64,000 nt of DNA from assembly GCA_037305845.1 (NCBI GenBank), contig CP147778.1:1472001-1536000 (forward strand), written 5' to 3'. The position numbers and the translations under genes are program-made. Below the pieces are notes generated by a model, which saw only the letters and a list, made by a program, of their open reading frames with translations, was not told the DNA's origin and made no database searches. Source of the DNA: Candidatus Freyarchaeum deiterrae. GTDB lineage: Archaea > Asgardarchaeota > Jordiarchaeia > Jordiarchaeales > Jordiarchaeaceae. Shown here one piece after another: positions 61,373 through 64,000 of the stretch (its first letter is position 1; every line of letters starts with the position of its first letter).

Positions 61373-62284
61373 TTGGTTAGGCATTTCCTTACTTTGAACG
61401 ATTTTTCTTCTGAGGAGATTCATAAACTCATAACTACCGCGGAAAAACTCAAGACCGGAAAGGAAAAGCCTAAAGTCCTTAAAGAAAAAAACATTGCCGC
61501 AATCTTTGAGAAGACCTCCACCAGAACCCGGGTTTCATTTGAGGTTGCGGTTAGCCAGTTGGGAGGAAACTTCATTTTTTTAAGGGCGGACGAACTCCAA
61601 CTCAGTAGAGGCGAACCTGTTAAGGATACCGCTCGAGTTCTGGGCCGCTACGTGGACGGCATAGTAGCTAGAGTCTACAAACATGATGACTTACTAGAAC
61701 TAGCAAAATATTCAGGTGTACCAGTAATAAACGCGTTGAGTAATCTTTACCACCCATGCCAAATATTAGCCGACCTTCTGACCATTAAAGAAAAGAAGAA
61801 AAAGTTGGAAGGATTGAAACTAGCGTATATAGGTGATGGAAACAACGTTTGCAACTCTCTCTTAATAGGTTGCACAAAAATCGGCTTAAATATTAGCATT
61901 GGATCGCCCAAAAAATACGAACCTAAGAAGGAAATAGTAGAAAAGGCTAAGAATAATTCTGAAAAAGCAGGATCAAAGGTTGAAATAACTAACTCTCCAC
62001 AAGAAGCAGTAAGGGACGCAGATATAGTCTATACCGACGTATTCGTAAGCATGGGCGACGAAAAAGAAAGCGAGGAAAGAATGAAAACATTTCTTCCGGA
62101 TTTTCAAGTTAACGCCAAACTACTAAAAAACGCTTCGCCAGACGCTATAGTTATGCATTGCTTACCAGCACATAGAGGACAAGAAATAACCGATGAGGTA
62201 CTAGAGGGAAAACAGTCAGTTGTCTGGGACCAAGCAGAAAACAGATTACACGCACAAAAAGCTATTTTCATCTACTTGTTTTAA
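61373..62284 (+). CDS. argF: ornithine carbamoyltransferase
   Basis: STRTR, HPCQ, GDGNNV, SMG, HCLP. Confidence 0.96.
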   Translation: MVRHFLTLNDFSSEEIHKLITTAEKLKTGKEKPKVLKEKNIAAIFEKTSTRTRVSFEVAVSQLGGNFIFLRADELQLSRGEPVKDTARVLGRYVDGIVARVYKHDDLLELAKYSGVPVINALSNLYHPCQILADLLTIKEKKKKLEGLKLAYIGDGNNVCNSLLIGCTKIGLNISIGSPKKYEPKKEIVEKAKNNSEKAGSKVEITNSPQEAVRDADIVYTDVFVSMGDEKESEERMKTFLPDFQVNAKLLKNASPDAIVMHCLPAHRGQEITDEVLEGKQSVVWDQAENRLHAQKAIFIYLF

Positions 62285-62484
62285 AAAACAGGAGAAAAAG
62301 AACAACAAACATTAAAACCAATCAGGAACACTTTTGCAAAAAAAATGAATTAATGCCTCAGACTAAACCAGTTTTCCTTCAACAAATGTATAACACACAA
62401 AACGGGCAACCAAAAGGTAACAGTGTTTAGATAAACCGTGAACTTTTTTTAGAAAGTTTTAGCAGTATTTTATTATACTATATG

Positions 62485-63330
62485 TTAGGGAGTAAGAACA
62501 TCTTTCGTTTTCAAAACTTCAATACCGTTGTTTTCCGCAAAATGAATTATTTGCGACCTTTCTTCCGATTTTACACCCTTCCAATCTATAATGAAAAATT
62601 TCAATTCCCCGAGAGTCTTATTGACAATTTGTTTGAACATAAGCTCATCCAGTAGAGGTACAGCGTACTTTGATGCTATATGTCCTACAGCTATATCTGA
62701 ATTCAAATTAATTTCAGAGAATTTAGGAGCGTAGTGACCGCCTCCAAAACCTGCCGATACACGCCAATTTTTACTCTCCAAGTGCAGAACATCAATTATT
62801 GCTTGAGCAACAGCAGAACCCGCATTCTCATCCTTCCACTGTTTTTCAGAGCTCCCAATCTCAATAAAAAATGAGGGACATAAAGTTGTAGGACCATGAT
62901 GTGTCTGCTCTTGGGAAACCTCGTAGTCTAACCCCAATTTATTTTTCATCTCAAACAACTTTAATAAGGAGGCTTTCAAATGATGAGGAGGAGCTACGGA
63001 TAAGGTTCTTGGTAACCCTCCGTATTTCGCTTCACCAAAATTACCTGAGACGTGTACCGTTAGGGTTCGTTCTCCGGTAGCACTACTATGCCTGCTAGCA
63101 AATATTATTAGCTCAGGACGAAGCTTTTCCAAATTGTTACAATAAAGAATGCCTTCTCGGCATTGCACCAGAAATACTTCTTTCCCAGCAATTTCACCAA
63201 CCCATCTTCTTTCTTCTTTATCCTTAGCCTCGGCTTCGGTGAAATCAACCAACTCTCTGAGCTTTTTAGAAATATTTGTCCCTGCGGCGTCTAGAATAGA
63301 ACTTACAATAAGTATCAAAAAGTTCCCCAC
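62485..63330 (-). CDS. dtdA: D-aminoacyl-tRNA deacylase (DTD2)
   Basis: SRHSS, LTVH..GN, E.THHGP, FIEIGS, GGGHYAP. Confidence 0.93.
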   Translation of the reverse strand: MGNFLILIVSSILDAAGTNISKKLRELVDFTEAEAKDKEERRWVGEIAGKEVFLVQCREGILYCNNLEKLRPELIIFASRHSSATGERTLTVHVSGNFGEAKYGGLPRTLSVAPPHHLKASLLKLFEMKNKLGLDYEVSQEQTHHGPTTLCPSFFIEIGSSEKQWKDENAGSAVAQAIIDVLHLESKNWRVSAGFGGGHYAPKFSEINLNSDIAVGHIASKYAVPLLDELMFKQIVNKTLGELKFFIIDWKGVKSEERSQIIHFAENNGIEVLKTKDVLTP

Positions 63331-63526
63331 TAGAGATTTTAATTAATTAGGATAACTGTTAGATTATTAAAGCATTGTGAAATTAACTGTCACATTTTTC
63401 GTGAGTTCTCTCGCTATTAATTATTTTAGCGGCGGGAATCATAGCACTATCTTGGTAATACGTGGATATTATTAATAGTTTTTATTTCAGAATGTATGAG
63501 TTCTTTAGCGTGAGAGAGTGCCAGAC

Positions 63527-64000
63527 ATGAATCAAGTTTCTGAGGAAACAACCAAAAACCAGAGTTATAAGAATTTATTCAAATCCGAGACGGTTAATCA
63601 ACAACTCTATGAAATACTTAACAGTGATAAGGCGAAAGTACAAGTCTTTGGTATTGGAGGAGCCGGTAACAACGCGGTCTCCCATCTAATGGAGAACATC
63701 GTGGAAGGCGTTGAAACCATAGCAGTCAACACCGATGCACAGAACCTGCTATGTACGAATGCGGACTGCAAGTTACTTATAGGTAAAAAACTAACCGGTG
63801 GACTAGGTGCAGGGAATAATCCAGAAGTCGGCATGGCGGCGGCTCAAGAGAGTTTGGAGGAAATCAAAAAAACAATTTCGGCGGATATGGTTTTCATCGC
63901 ATGTGGATTGGGAGGGGGAACCGGAACCGGAGCCGCGCCCATAGTTGCCGAGACAGCTCGCGAATCAGGAGCTCTCACCATTTCATTCTGCTTTTTACCA
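63527..64000 (+). CDS. ftsZ: cell division protein FtsZ (5' part, runs off window end)
   Basis: [29 protein letters not shown] tubulin signature. Confidence 0.96.
   Translation, partial: MNQVSEETTKNQSYKNLFKSETVNQQLYEILNSDKAKVQVFGIGGAGNNAVSHLMENIVEGVETIAVNTDAQNLLCTNADCKLLIGKKLTGGLGAGNNPEVGMAAAQESLEEIKKTISADMVFIACGLGGGTGTGAAPIVAETARESGALTISFCFLP

Noticed and set aside
1-64000. CRISPR arrays, rRNA genes, transposases, defence systems
   Set aside because: None seen in the window

Overview
Archaeal core-genome segment, most likely from an Asgard archaeon (Vps4 plus a Vps25-like ESCRT-II gene, SepF, FtsZ, RadA with a Rad51-type Walker A). It holds the large ribosomal-protein superoperons (S2-S9-L13-L18e-RpoD-S11-S4-S13; L22...L15-SecY-Adk-L34e-Cmk-L14e-Cbf5; S19e-L39e-L31e-eIF6-LX-prefoldin-FtsY), mevalonate genes, PolB, class II RNR, LysRS1 and nine tRNA genes. 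The standout signal is pervasive bulge-helix-bulge (BHB, tRNA-type) introns. Eight of the nine tRNAs carry 1-3 introns (18 in total, most at non-canonical positions). Three protein-coding genes are also interrupted by 20-32 nt BHB introns: cbf5 (a known type), gatE, and a small Cys-rich conserved protein. In each, cutting at the standard EndA positions restores the reading frame and a conserved motif. This points to an mRNA-splicing system run by the tRNA splicing machinery that extends beyond cbf5. Secondary observations: single-gene inversions of rpl6 and rpl24e, type-1 IDI in the mvk-ipk cluster, a vps4-vps25-sepF cluster, a ~200-nt structured element upstream of radA, and local strand-skew switches near tRNA loci. 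All calls are by-eye motif recognition; no database searches were run.
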